Assembly (NCBI GenBank): GCA_950097015.1
Contig: CATNEN010000039.1
Location: 1,550,001-1,614,000, forward strand
Origin: Macrostomum hystrix
Taxonomy: Eukaryota; Animalia; Platyhelminthes
Reading direction: 5' to 3'
DNA length: 64,000 nucleotides
The notes below the pieces were generated by a model, which worked only from the letters and a program-made list of their open reading frames with translations, searched no databases and had not been told where the DNA came from. The stretch's first letter is position 1, and the number at the start of each line of letters is the position of its first letter. Positions 53,253 to 64,000 of the stretch are shown here, in pieces. The position numbers and the translations under genes were made by a program.

Positions 53253-54810
53253 ACTGTCGAACAAAAGTTCTTGTACGGTTGCTTCTGTTGCCTCTAGTAT
53301 CCATAACTTCCATCCGTTTCAAATGGAAATTAGTGCAAATGAAAGCTGGGAATCTCTGCAACATTTTCTGTTTCACCGTATTTTTTTTTCGGGAGTGGCT
53401 CGGAACAGCTTGCCGTTTAGCACAGACAGGTCGAATGAAAAAAGTGACAGAATGACATAGAGCAAGCAGTCTATGGCCAACTTGGCTGTCTAGGCCTTAT
53501 TTTTTCGTCACTAAATGTCTAGAAAACCACGTAATCGATCTTTTCCTTGTTGTCTCGCTATTAATTAAGTTAGAAATGCGCTGAAGAAATAGATAATCAG
53601 ATACATTATGAACAGAAGGTAAACAAAAATGTAACACGGGAATTCTGGCAAAATCATTCACATCAGGGAAAAGCAAGGGTAGCAGTTATGATATCAAAAT
53701 GAGCTGGATTCATTAGTATCGTGTTGCTCTTCCCTGTGCAGCGATGACAGCCTCGCATCGAGATCGCATTGATCGAAGCACTCTGCGCACAAGGGGCTGC
53801 GGTATCGCTGCCCACTCCTCCGCAATAGCGGGAGTCAGTGCTGCAAAGTTCGTGATATTCCTGCGAGCAAGCCTTCTCCCCAGCTCATCCCACAGGTGAT
53901 CGATTGGATTCAAGTCCGGGCTGTTGGCTGGCCAATTCATATGGACGTATTGCTGTTGCTGCTCGTGAAGCTGCTGCACAACTGCACAGCGATGCGGGGT
54001 GGCGTTGTCATATTGCAGTATGAAGCCAGGACCCACGCTTGCTAGCCCAAATGGTAGAGCCACATTGCGCAGAAAGTCTGCGTAGCCATGACCAGTGAGT
54101 GTCCCATCAATGAACTCAATTGCGGACAAATGGTTCCAGGAGGCAGCTGCCCAGGAACCACCGCTTCCACCACGTCTTGTTACCCATTGCACCGCGTCCT
54201 GTTGTGCATATCTCGAATTCTTCTCTCGGCGAACGCGCACCCGACCATCATTCCACTGAACCGAGAATCGACTCTCGTCCGTGAACACGACTAGACGCCA
54301 GTGCTGCAGAGCTGACCAATGACGGTGGTGGAGAGCCCATTGGAGTCTTGCAGCTCGATGCGCAGCAGTCAGTTTGGGAAACTTAAGGGTTCTGTAGCTC
54401 TTCAGCCCTGCTGCCTTCAGGCGTCGAGAAATGGTCATCTGCGATGTCGTGACGTGCAGCGTTTCGTGCAGCTCTCGCTGTAGCTCTCACAAATGGCTGA
54501 TCGATCGCCACGGCAGCAACAAACTGATCGCACTCTGCTTCCATTGAACGTGGACGGCCTGACCATTTGGTCATTGGTGACAGAATTCGTTGCCGCAAAT
54601 TTGGTCGCATAGTGCTGAACAGTAGATTTTGGCACGACGAGATGGTTTGCAATCCTGCCAAGCGACCAGCCTGCGTCCTCTCGAAGCGAAACGATTCTCC
54701 AACGAATTTCTTGGGTCACAACAGGCATGTCTCTCAGAATTAGGGTAAGTTAAGTCATGGTACTCCATGAAAAACACTAGTGAGCCTAATTAAACTGATT
54801 CTGGTACACA
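53253..54810 (-). mobile_element. Tc1-like element with frameshifted transposase (54728-53713)
   Basis: IRWRIVSLREDAGWSLGRIANHL HTH; VVFTDESRF; QYDNATPH...WPANSPDLNPIDHLW. TA|TACTGTCGAACAAAAG near 53251 looks like a Tc1 end, but the opposite TIR was not found, so boundaries are approximate. Confidence 0.8.
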
Positions 54811-56039
54811 TCAGAAACTGCAAGACAGTGGATCTCATGAGGTCAGATGGCTTAGATCACTCAGATATCTCAGTTCGATCACAGATGGATTGAAAAATGT
54901 TTTATTCTTTTCGATGATATCGAATTGTTTATTATATCGAATCGAATATAAGTATTAATATTAATTTCAACTCGTCCTTTTGAGTTTCTCGGGTGTTGAC
55001 TAAATTATTTTGACTAAATAATTTCACTTCAGCGTGAGAGGAACGTGCCACATCACGCCGATGGCTCGGCGTGCCATTATGTAACAATGGCTCGCATTCG
55101 ATTTGAGTCTATTTCTCAGTAAAGAATTATTTTTAGGTACTTAGGAAGTTACTATTAATTAATATGTCATTAGTATTGATAAGAGCTCTGTCTCTATCCG
55201 ACCGCGTCGCTGAAATGTTCCATGAGCGATATTTTTGCGGTTTACATTGTAGCACTTATATATTTTACACTAGAGACTATCGGCATGTTGTTTTGTTGCT
55301 TTCATGCGTAAAGTAAACTAAGTAGCTTCTTTATCGTACTCTTAGTACAAAGAGGCAAATAATACTACTGTAAGTAGAAAAAAAATCTTTAAAAAAATTG
55401 GTAACTGGCATTTACATTTAGCTACCTGGATTTCGTCCCAGTGAATTTGCATTAGTAAATGATTGAGAGAGAATAAAATGAGGAATAAAATGAGAGAGAA
55501 TATCAAATGCACACTCAGCACTGTGTCACAATGGGTTAAATAATCTAAGACAAACAGAAAAAGCACAGTCAAAGGCTTGGTTCGAGAAGCAGCGCGCCTG
55601 CTTTGAAGTCAGAAGGCGTTGTTAAGCATTAAGCTGGTTCGCGCACTGTTAGTGCTGTCAAATCTGTATGTGAGCTCACAGTTTGTGAACTGGGGTTCTC
55701 AGTGTTAAATAATTAATTTGTAAGTGACATTAGATTCACACCGAGCACGCCACTTCAAAGGTTTCGGGCTAATTCATGTAACTAGCCATGGTAACTAGCT
55801 TGGGAATTGAACAGCAGAAAAAGTGCTACATCACATTGGTCACAAAATCGGAGCTGTTTTTTAACGGGTCAGGTGAGGGTGCCCCATCAAGGCATTATTG
55901 CTTACGATGATAAAACAATTATGCAACAGTTTGCAGCGAACAGCGCAAATCAATAATTAAGAGTACATAAAATTGCGTAAAAAGGAAAATGTTTCGAAGA
56001 AAGGAGTTAGAGTGCACAGGACAGGGGACAAAACACGAG

Positions 56040-56990
56040 CTATCGCACGTAGGACACTCCCCTGGGGGTGTACACAATGGTCTCCTCTTCCCTGACGCCT
56101 TCCAACTGCCTGGAAGTCGCCGCTGCTGCTGCCACCGGCTTCGGCGACGGGCAGGAGTTGGGCTGGTAAAAGTACAAATCGCTGAACTGGCTGAAGCGGA
56201 CAGTGGCGACTCCGCTGCCGCCACCGCTGCTGGCGCTGGCATATCCACTGCCAGCGTCCACAGAAGACACGGAGCCCAGAGGCGTGGCCGTGTTTGTTGC
56301 GGGTGTTTGCTGTTGCTGCTGATGAATATGCAAGTGCGAACCACCGAGAGAAGCCAAGCCGTTGGGGGGGCACCTGTTAAAGAGGTGGCATTAGCTTATT
56401 AAATAAAAAAATTATTAAAATTGAGCAGCAACTAAAGCGACTGTAGATCAATAAATAAGAGTAGAGGCCTGTCATCGAGGACTAGGGTTGCATGCCAACA
56501 GCACATATTGACAGACAAAATAATTTATGAGACGCTCACCGAGTCGCGAGCTGCTGCTGCTGCAACGGTGCCAATGGTGGCATCAGAGGCAGAGGCGGTG
56601 ACGGCAGCAGGTAGCAGCCGCCCAGACTCAGCTCAGTCGTACCGGCGAGCAACAATTCCTCGTCGGGCAGCTGAGGGGGTGGCGGCGGTGGCACCGGAGA
56701 CCCTGCGTCGACCGCAGCTGGGTGGCGCGATACACCTGCGCAGTCGATATCATCAATGTTGTCGTTCTCAGTGTCAAAGTCACGACAGACAATATCATCT
56801 GGTGGTGGCAGCTGGAGATGAAGTAGCTGCTGCTGCTGACGATGTTGCAGCTCTCTGCGTTGACGCTGTTGTTGTCGACGGTTGCGACGAGTTCCCCTCA
56901 GGCGAAGGACCACAATGAAGGCGATGCAGGTGGCAAGGAGTAGAAGGCCGACAACGGAGGCGGCTGCGGAGATCAGTATGATGTCCTCCT
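56040..56990 (-). CDS. Last two exons of a single-pass membrane protein (TM plus low-complexity cytoplasmic tail)
   Basis: About 56990-56540 encodes EDIILISAAASVVGLLLLATCIAFIVVL-RLRGTRRNRR. Donor CG|GTGAGC joins in frame to acceptor TTAACAG|G at 56373, giving a frame ending ..TIVYTPRGVSYVR*. Confidence 0.65.
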
Positions 56991-57219
56991 CTGGAATCGG
57001 AGGGGATAGTTGCGATGTGTTCTACTTTTAGTAACACAAGAGACATCTGCAAAGTGACAGTACTATAAATTCAAGCCAAGACTCAGAATGGAAACGATTG
57101 GCAATGCTGCCGATGCGGGTACGATGATTCCGCACCGCAGCTTTCCCTCTGCTTGCTACCAACTGGTCGAACTTTCACTCAGCCGGGAACGAGTGTTGCT
57201 TGTCCCAGCAGCTCACAGG

Positions 57220-57220
<1 letters not shown>

Positions 57221-57284
<64 letters not shown>
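57221..57284. repeat. (CTG/CAG)n microsatellite, about 21 units
   Basis: Pure trinucleotide run; may encode polyQ on the minus strand. Confidence 0.95.
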
Positions 57285-59404
57285 GGGCTATTAGCCACTA
57301 GGTCGGCGCTGGGTGGAATTAAAAATTTACTAGCCTCCTTGGAACAGTGCTGAGAAGACAAATGGAGGAAAATGGAACAGAGTGGCAGGTGGTGGGTTGA
57401 AACAACACCACTTTTAGCGATCCTCTCCTTTCAGCTGCTTGTGTCCGATCGGGAGTAGAATTGGGAACAAACAGGAGCTCTCCTATCCCCTGTGGAGCGG
57501 GGAAAACTGGGACATTGTAGCCGGGGTCAGACCTACTGCATATTTAATTGAACAATACGGAATTACGATGCGCAGTCGGGGAGACAAAGGAAGACGCGGT
57601 GAGCTGAGAGCTCTGGCCGAGAGCACTGAAGAGGTCACGATTCCATTAAAATTCTAAATTTAGACTGCCGCTCGGCTGACCTACCCGTTGGGTTTTATAT
57701 CGCCTGGTCCTCCGTGGTTCAAGGCTCTTCTGAAATCGGGGATAACACTGGTCACTAATAGTGGGCAACGCTTTGAAAGTGACCAGTCAATTCATGCGAA
57801 CACCTGCTGGAGAGCTCAGAACCCCAGACCTCATGCTGACCGTCAGTCCTACTGACATAAGGAGTTAAACCACGCGATGAAGGAACTCAAAGAGCCTAAT
57901 GTGGAGTGTAAGGAGACAGCCAGGGGACTGGAGCCCAGTATTCAGTCGATCATCAGAAAGGCAAGTTAAACTCGGAAAAAAACTCAGCACAGAGTGCCCT
58001 CTGAGCGCCAGCTCGAGTTCAGTGAGCTGTAAGACGCGATTTCACTCGCGCCCAGCTAGTTCCTACTCTCTGCCCTATCATCTGGACCCTTCCACCCACC
58101 CGCCTGCCCATCCGACTGTTTCCTGGAAAATAGCGGCGAACAATCAGCTGCAAATTGTGTGCGCAGAACCGGACACGAGTGCTCTGCGGGTTAGGACAGG
58201 GTGCTGATGGACTTCATCTCTTTGCAAATCTTCAAGAAGAAAAGCTTTTTGGACTTTTCCTTTGCAGTCGATCGTTTTTGGGATGCTTTTCAATGGTGCG
58301 AATCTCCACGGCTCTACTGCCAAATTTGAAATCCCAAAACATTTCTAGACTGCTAATCAACTTCGCAGACTTCTCCCATCGATAAAATATCCCCTAGCAA
58401 GCACAATCCCGATGCGCCGGTCCCGGCCTGCACCAAGGAACTCGAGTTCTTATCCCAAAGGGGATTAAAGACGTTACGGCGAGAACTGCAGATGCAGTGG
58501 CTGTGATTAACTTTGCTGATTATAATAAATAGATGCTCCATGACTGACTGCATGATTCTCGGGTTTGATTGGTGATTGATGATGACCTTGAACTGGAATC
58601 GATTGCTCAACATCTGAACTGAAGGGATCCAAAGTGAAATCGATAGTGATGTTCAGCTTGCTAAATGAAATTTGTTGTGACAATTTGTGTTGACAATCGG
58701 AAAATGTTGGCAGAATAATGAAACTCTAGCTATGATATTATTTATTTTATTTTTAATAAGAATAGAAAATGGTTCAATTTTAATCCTCAAAGTTCCAGTC
58801 CTCACAATGCCCCTCCCTCTCCATCTCTCTCTAGTTGAATTGTCGCCTGATCTACTTGGGCCAGGGCCGCTGCCTCACTGGCTGTCCTACCCGGCCCAGT
58901 CTCTGTTCAAAGTGCGCCGCTCTGACATCTCCAATCCGCAATTGGCCATGACACTTCAATCTTTGCTCGGCTGCCTCTCAGCCTCCCAATTCTCCATCAT
59001 CCCAGCTCCAGCGTCGCTTTGTTCCTTTCTTTCTTTTTACGACAAAATCGGCCGCTTCTTGAAAGCGATTCTGGGCCCGGCAGCTGCATTGATAAGAGAG
59101 GTCAGGCTTTAAGAGGCCATTTTAAACCGTAGGCGACCGTGTATGGGACCCGGTGCGGAACGAAGTGTGTCAGTTCTTTGCGCGACTTCCGCTTCATGGA
59201 GCAAGCAAATTTCTGGCTCCAGGAAGCTAAGGAAAGCCAGGAGAGCGGTCTGCCAACTGTTGCTGTGACGCGTGGGTCAGGCCCTGTTGTAGCCGTGGGA
59301 ATGTCAAACGAATTCCAACTAGAAAATTTATCAATTCAAGTATTTGTCACACACTCATTGTGTCGGTGACATTGCTTAGTAATCATCGGGCCTGCAAGAA
59401 ATCC

Positions 59405-59632
59405 TACTGAAACTCACTCTCATCTCCTGCCTTGGTTCGCGGATGAGAAATCATACTGGAACTCACTCTCATCTCCTGCCTTGGTTCGCGGATGAGAAAT
59501 CATACTGGAACTCACTCTCATCTCCTGCCTTGGTTCGCGGATGAGAAATCATACTGGAACTCACTCTCATCTCCTGCCTTGGTTCGCGGATAAGAAATCA
59601 TACTGGAACTCACTCTCATCTCCTGCCTTGGG
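59405..59632. repeat. 49-bp minisatellite
   Basis: TACTGGAACTCACTCTCATCTCCTGCCTTGGTTCGCGGATGAGAAATCA, about 4.6 copies. Confidence 0.9.
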
Positions 59633-60009
59633 TCGCAGATTTCTGCCTCGTCGACCTGGCTCCTGCCGTCCGACTTCATCGCCTCCAGATGCAGCGGCAG
59701 CCGCGGCAGCAGACTGCTGCTGCCTGCCTCCGCTCTGATCGCTCTGCGTGGCGTCGGCGACGCCCCTGGTAGCCGAGGCCGCCCCGCCGGCGATCTCAGA
59801 GGCCTGTTGCTGAACCGGCCTCGTCCTGGCTGCACTGACTTCTTGGGGAGTGCTGACGTAGAGCTGTCTGGGAACTGTGGTTCCAGAGCAGATTTGAAGC
59901 CAATTCAGAATATTGGAGTTGGGAGCATCATAGAGGTTTGGTGGGACATTCCTGAGGTATTGGGGACAAGCTTGCGGGGTTTGAACCGCCTTGAAGGAGA
60001 ATCGGCGCA

Positions 60010-60555
60010 GGCCTGAGGGGTTTGGGGACAAGCCTGAGCGAGGGGTTTTGGGACAAGCCTGAGGGTTTGGGGACAAGCCTGAGGAGGTTGGGGATAAGCC
60101 TGAGGGGGTTGGGGATAAGCCTGAGTGAGGGGGTTGGGGATAAGCCTGAGCAAGGGTTTTGGGACAAGCCTGAGTGAGGGGGTTGGGGATAAGCCTGAGC
60201 AAGGGTTTTGGGACAAGCCTGAGTGAGGGGGTTGGGGATAAGCCTGAGCAAGGGTTTTGGGACAAGCCTGAGGGTTTGGGGACAAGCCTGAGCAAGGGTT
60301 TTGGGACAAGCCTGAGGGTTTGGGGACAAGCCTGAGCAAGGGTTTTGGGACAAGCCTGAGTGAGGGGTTGGGGATAAGCCTGAGCGAGGGGTTTTGGGAC
60401 AAGCCTGAGGAGGTTGGGGATAAGCCTGAGGGGGTTGGGGATAAGCCTGAGTGAGGGGTTGGGGATAAGCCTGAGCGAGGGTTTTGGGACAAGCCTGAGG
60501 GTTTCGGGACAAGCCTGAGGGGTTTGGGGACAAGCCTGAGGGCGTTAGGGACAAC
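60010..60555. repeat. G-rich minisatellite, 21-26-bp units (G-quadruplex-prone)
   Basis: AAGCCTGAG..GGGG TT(T)GGGGA(C/T) units. Confidence 0.92.
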
Positions 60556-60650
60556 CCTAATTCAGGAAAATCTCTAAAAGGCCGTGAAAAAGGAATCGAA
60601 AAGCAAAGCCATGGCCATTGCTCATAGGCATGCTCATGACCGCGCCTCAC

Positions 60651-60960
60651 CGCAGGCGAAAACAACCAGCAGGTGGTGCGGCGCGCAGCTGTGCCCATTG
60701 CTAGGAGCTCCGGGCTCCAGCGTGCAGTTCGCCAGTTCGGAAGCCGCACCGCCAGCCTGTTGACAGCGCCGGGCCACTGCGCTAGTGACGTTTGCCTCCG
60801 GGCAGGCTTGGCGACCCTCTGCGGTGTCGCGACAGACGGTGCCACCCTGGTGGAACTGGAACCGGCTGGTCTGCCTGGCGAACACGACTGCAAGCTGCTG
60901 CTGCTGCTGCTGCTGCCTGTTGGCAGGTGCATTGCATTCGGCTTGCCGGTGGCTGCCTGA
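60651..60960 (-). CDS. Possible exon encoding a Cys-rich extracellular domain
   Basis: Frame ..TVCRD..QACPEANVTSAVARRCQQ..ANCTLE..GHSCAPHHLLVVFAC ends at a G|GTGAGG donor. Confidence 0.4.
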
Positions 60961-61687
60961 GCAGACTAGCAGGTACTGCAGCCCTACGAATGATCGGTCG
61001 TGTGGCTAATTGAGCAATTGGCTTTCAAGCAGGGTCTGAGGTAAGATTGCTTTGGGTTTAGGATAGGATGGAGGGATCGATTAACGATTTAAGGAAGGAT
61101 TGATGGTGCGATTAACTAAGGGGATTTTTTTAAAGGGCAGCATTATTAGAGTCACATCCCTCCAGCCCACGCGGATGCGCCCACAATGCCCATGCCAGAT
61201 TTCTTTTGTTGCCCATCTATAAGCTATAAACATTTAGCTGTCCATCACGCAGCTGCGCCATCAAGGCCTGACGCGTCCGTTATCAGCTCATCGATTAAGC
61301 CCACAGCTACCCGGCTGGGTGAAGTGGCTGATCTTGCAGCGCTACTCATCTTGAGGACGCATTGTTGTTAGCTGGCCATGGCCTGATTTTGTGATGATAG
61401 TGCCCCAGAAACTAGCGCCTAATCTGCTCAATCATCTACAAGACAGAGCTTGTATCTCACCCCACTTTGCCATGCAACTCCTGACTCCATGCCTCTGAGG
61501 CCTAGTCATCAGCCTCTCTTCGTAGCCGCCTAGTCAACAATTCTGCTCAGCCATCTGAAGTGGCTTCTCGGCACAGATTGGCTGTGTTTTCTGCTTTCGC
61601 AGCGATGAACTGGCAACATTGCGAGAGAAGTGCTAAAATTCTAGTCCCAAGCTTACCTAGTCTCAAAATCCAAAACTTGGCTCTGAT

Positions 61688-61872
61688 AGTACCTTATCCA
61701 ATGGCAAATGTGCATCCCTGATATCATTGTGCTTTTGTTTCACCCGGGTTCTCACTTGGCAGACAATAGTACACCACAGAGTACCTTATCCAATGGCAAA
61801 TGTGCATCCCTGATATCATTGTGCTTTTGTTTCACCCGGGTTCTCACTTGGCAGACAATAGTACACCACAGA
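61688..61872. repeat. Exact 92-bp tandem duplication
   Basis: AGTACCTTATCC...GTACACCACAG starting at 61688 and 61780. Confidence 0.92.
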
Positions 61873-63180
61873 CAGTGCCTTGTTGGTGGGCACCCGACAG
61901 ACCCTAGCGTTTCCGTCTGTTGAACTGAGATTCCTGTTTAAATACAGTCGTGGGTTCGAGTCCAGAGTGCAGTTAAACGCGCCCTGATGAGTCTCGCCAG
62001 CTGCGCCAGGCGAGCAGCGAGTACGCAGCACCTGCGGGAGAGGTGTGGATAATTCTGCATGCAAAAATTCTGTTGGGCAAAGACAACTTGCAAAAGCAAC
62101 ATCAAGAACAAACTGCCAATATTTTAGGCCCGTGGAATAGCAGTGATTCACGAACAGCAGAAGAGCAAGGATTGCTCAATGGGGAGCCGACAAACATGCG
62201 CTAAATTGATCCCTAAGTTATCCTCACTGATTGGTAGTGCTGATCCCTCTTATTTCTGCATACTAAATCACCACCCTGAGCTGGAAATCTGTCAGAACCC
62301 CAGAGTTCTAGCAGCCGTGGGATTTCGCGCAGTCCCTGAGTGTTTTGGCTGCAGGGTTGGCAGGCTGTGTTGGAAGCTGTCAGCCTATCAATGAGCTTCA
62401 AGTAACAAATCCCTTTGGATGGGATGCGGCATCAGCTGGAGCTGGCCATCTGCAGACAAAAGCATCAAATTGGTAGTGGCTACTGAAGTGTCTAAAGTTC
62501 AAGTGACTGGGCAGCTATACCATAGCAACCCGGTGGAGGACAGGTGTGAACAGTGCAGTGGAGCCGCCCATTCTTGGGCCCACTTTCATCACGCGAGGTG
62601 CACAATTTCGCGGCTGATTTCAGCCCTCAGGAAATGATTGTTTGCTTTTGGGTCCAGGCAAGAGAATGAGTGACTTGCCATGACTTGCCGGTGGGGAAAG
62701 AGCAACACTAGACTCCACTGCTGCTGCTGCCGCTGCTGCTGGATGAAGCCCAGCACAGCTATAAAGCCTTTGTAGTGGCTGCATATTGTGTGTGCAGTGG
62801 CGGATTCCCTCGGGTGCCAGGAGGTTGAGGGAGTCCAATAAACTGCGGCGGCCAGTGTTTTTGTGATGCAAATATTACGAAACAGGGCAGCTTTCCCTGC
62901 TTAACCCACTCGACTCAGCAGAAACTCACGTCCTGCTGGCAACTGGGAAATAGAGCCCTCATCTGTGTGAGCGCCTGCATCTGTTCCGGCTGCCAGATTC
63001 CCCACCCAGACTGCTCGGCCTGCTCAAGCGGAGCTCCTGCTGCCAAATAGTCGGAGAGCCACAGACCTTGCTCAACAGAGCATTCGACTGGTGGAGCACA
63101 TAGTAGATGAGCATTTTCCTAAATGTTTTACTTAGACAAAACACGGACGGAATTCTAAAGCTGCGCCGAAATGTGCTCAA

Positions 63181-64000
63181 ATTAGGATGGGGCTAGCCTT
63201 GGATTAGGATGGGGCTAGCCTTGGATTTGGATGGGGCTAACCTTGGATTTGGATGGGGCTAACCTTGGATTTGGATGGGGCTAACCTTGGATTTGGATGG
63301 GGCTAGCCTTGGATTTGGATGGGGCTAACCTTGGATTTGGATGGGGCTAACCTTGGATTTGGATGGGGCTAGCCTTGGATTAGGATGGGGCTAGCCTTGG
63401 ATTTGGATGGGGCTAACCTTGGATTTGGATGGGGCTAACCTTGGATTTGGATGGGGCTAGCCTTGGATTAGGATGGGGCTAGCCTTGGATTAGGATGGGG
63501 CTAGCCTGGGATTTGGATGGGGCTAGCCTTGGATTAGGATGGGGCTAGCCTTGGATTAGGATGGGGCTAGCCTTGGATTAGGATGGGGCTAGCCTTGGAT
63601 TAGGATGGGGCTAGCCTTGGATTAGGATGGGGCTAGCCATGGATTTGGATGGGGCTAGCCTTGGATTAGGATGGGGCTAGCCTTGGATTAGGATGGGGCT
63701 AGCCTTGGATTAGGATGGGGCTAGCCTTGGATTTGGATGGGGCTAGCCTTGGATTAGGATGGGGCTAGCCTTGGATTTGGATGGGGCTAACCTTGGATTT
63801 TGATGGGGCTAGCCTTGGATTTGGATTGGGCTAACCTTGGATTTTGATGGGGCTAACCTTGGATTTTGATGGGGCTAACCTTGGATTAGGATGGGGCTAG
63901 CCTTGGATTTTGATGGGGCTAACCTTGGATTTGGATGGGGCTAACCTTGGATTTTGATGGGGCTAGCCTTGGATTTGGATGGGGCTAGCCTTGGATTAGG
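63181..64000. repeat. 22-bp minisatellite running off the window end
   Basis: GGATT(A/T)GGATGGGGCTA(G/A)CCTT, about 37 copies. Confidence 0.95.

Overview
This is eukaryotic (metazoan) genomic DNA: GC-rich exons, short GT-AG introns and very many intronic and intergenic minisatellites. The style resembles a free-living flatworm such as Macrostomum, but that is inference only. Host genes: a 5-exon SSRP1 (FACT subunit, +), a 2-exon universal stress protein (+), an intronless Toll-type LRR receptor lacking a TIR domain (+), an 8-exon C2-4xWW-HECT E3 ligase of the WWP1/ITCH/Su(dx) group (-), a 3-exon TMEM72-like gene (-) head-to-head with an unidentified gene (+), and exons of a probable single-pass membrane protein (-). 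The left end holds three small mobile-element relics: a 5'-truncated RNase H LINE with a 15-bp TSD, a Merlin deletion derivative and a MULE-like derivative. The most interesting region is a nested TE block at about 44.6-54.8 kb. It has two tandem paralogous Crypton/DUF3504-type tyrosine recombinase (YR) genes, a third convergent YR fragment, several hairpin/cruciform terminal modules and three decayed IS630/Tc1/mariner transposases. The 8-mer CCATAGAC occurs 19 times in this block. All calls were made by eye, without database searches.
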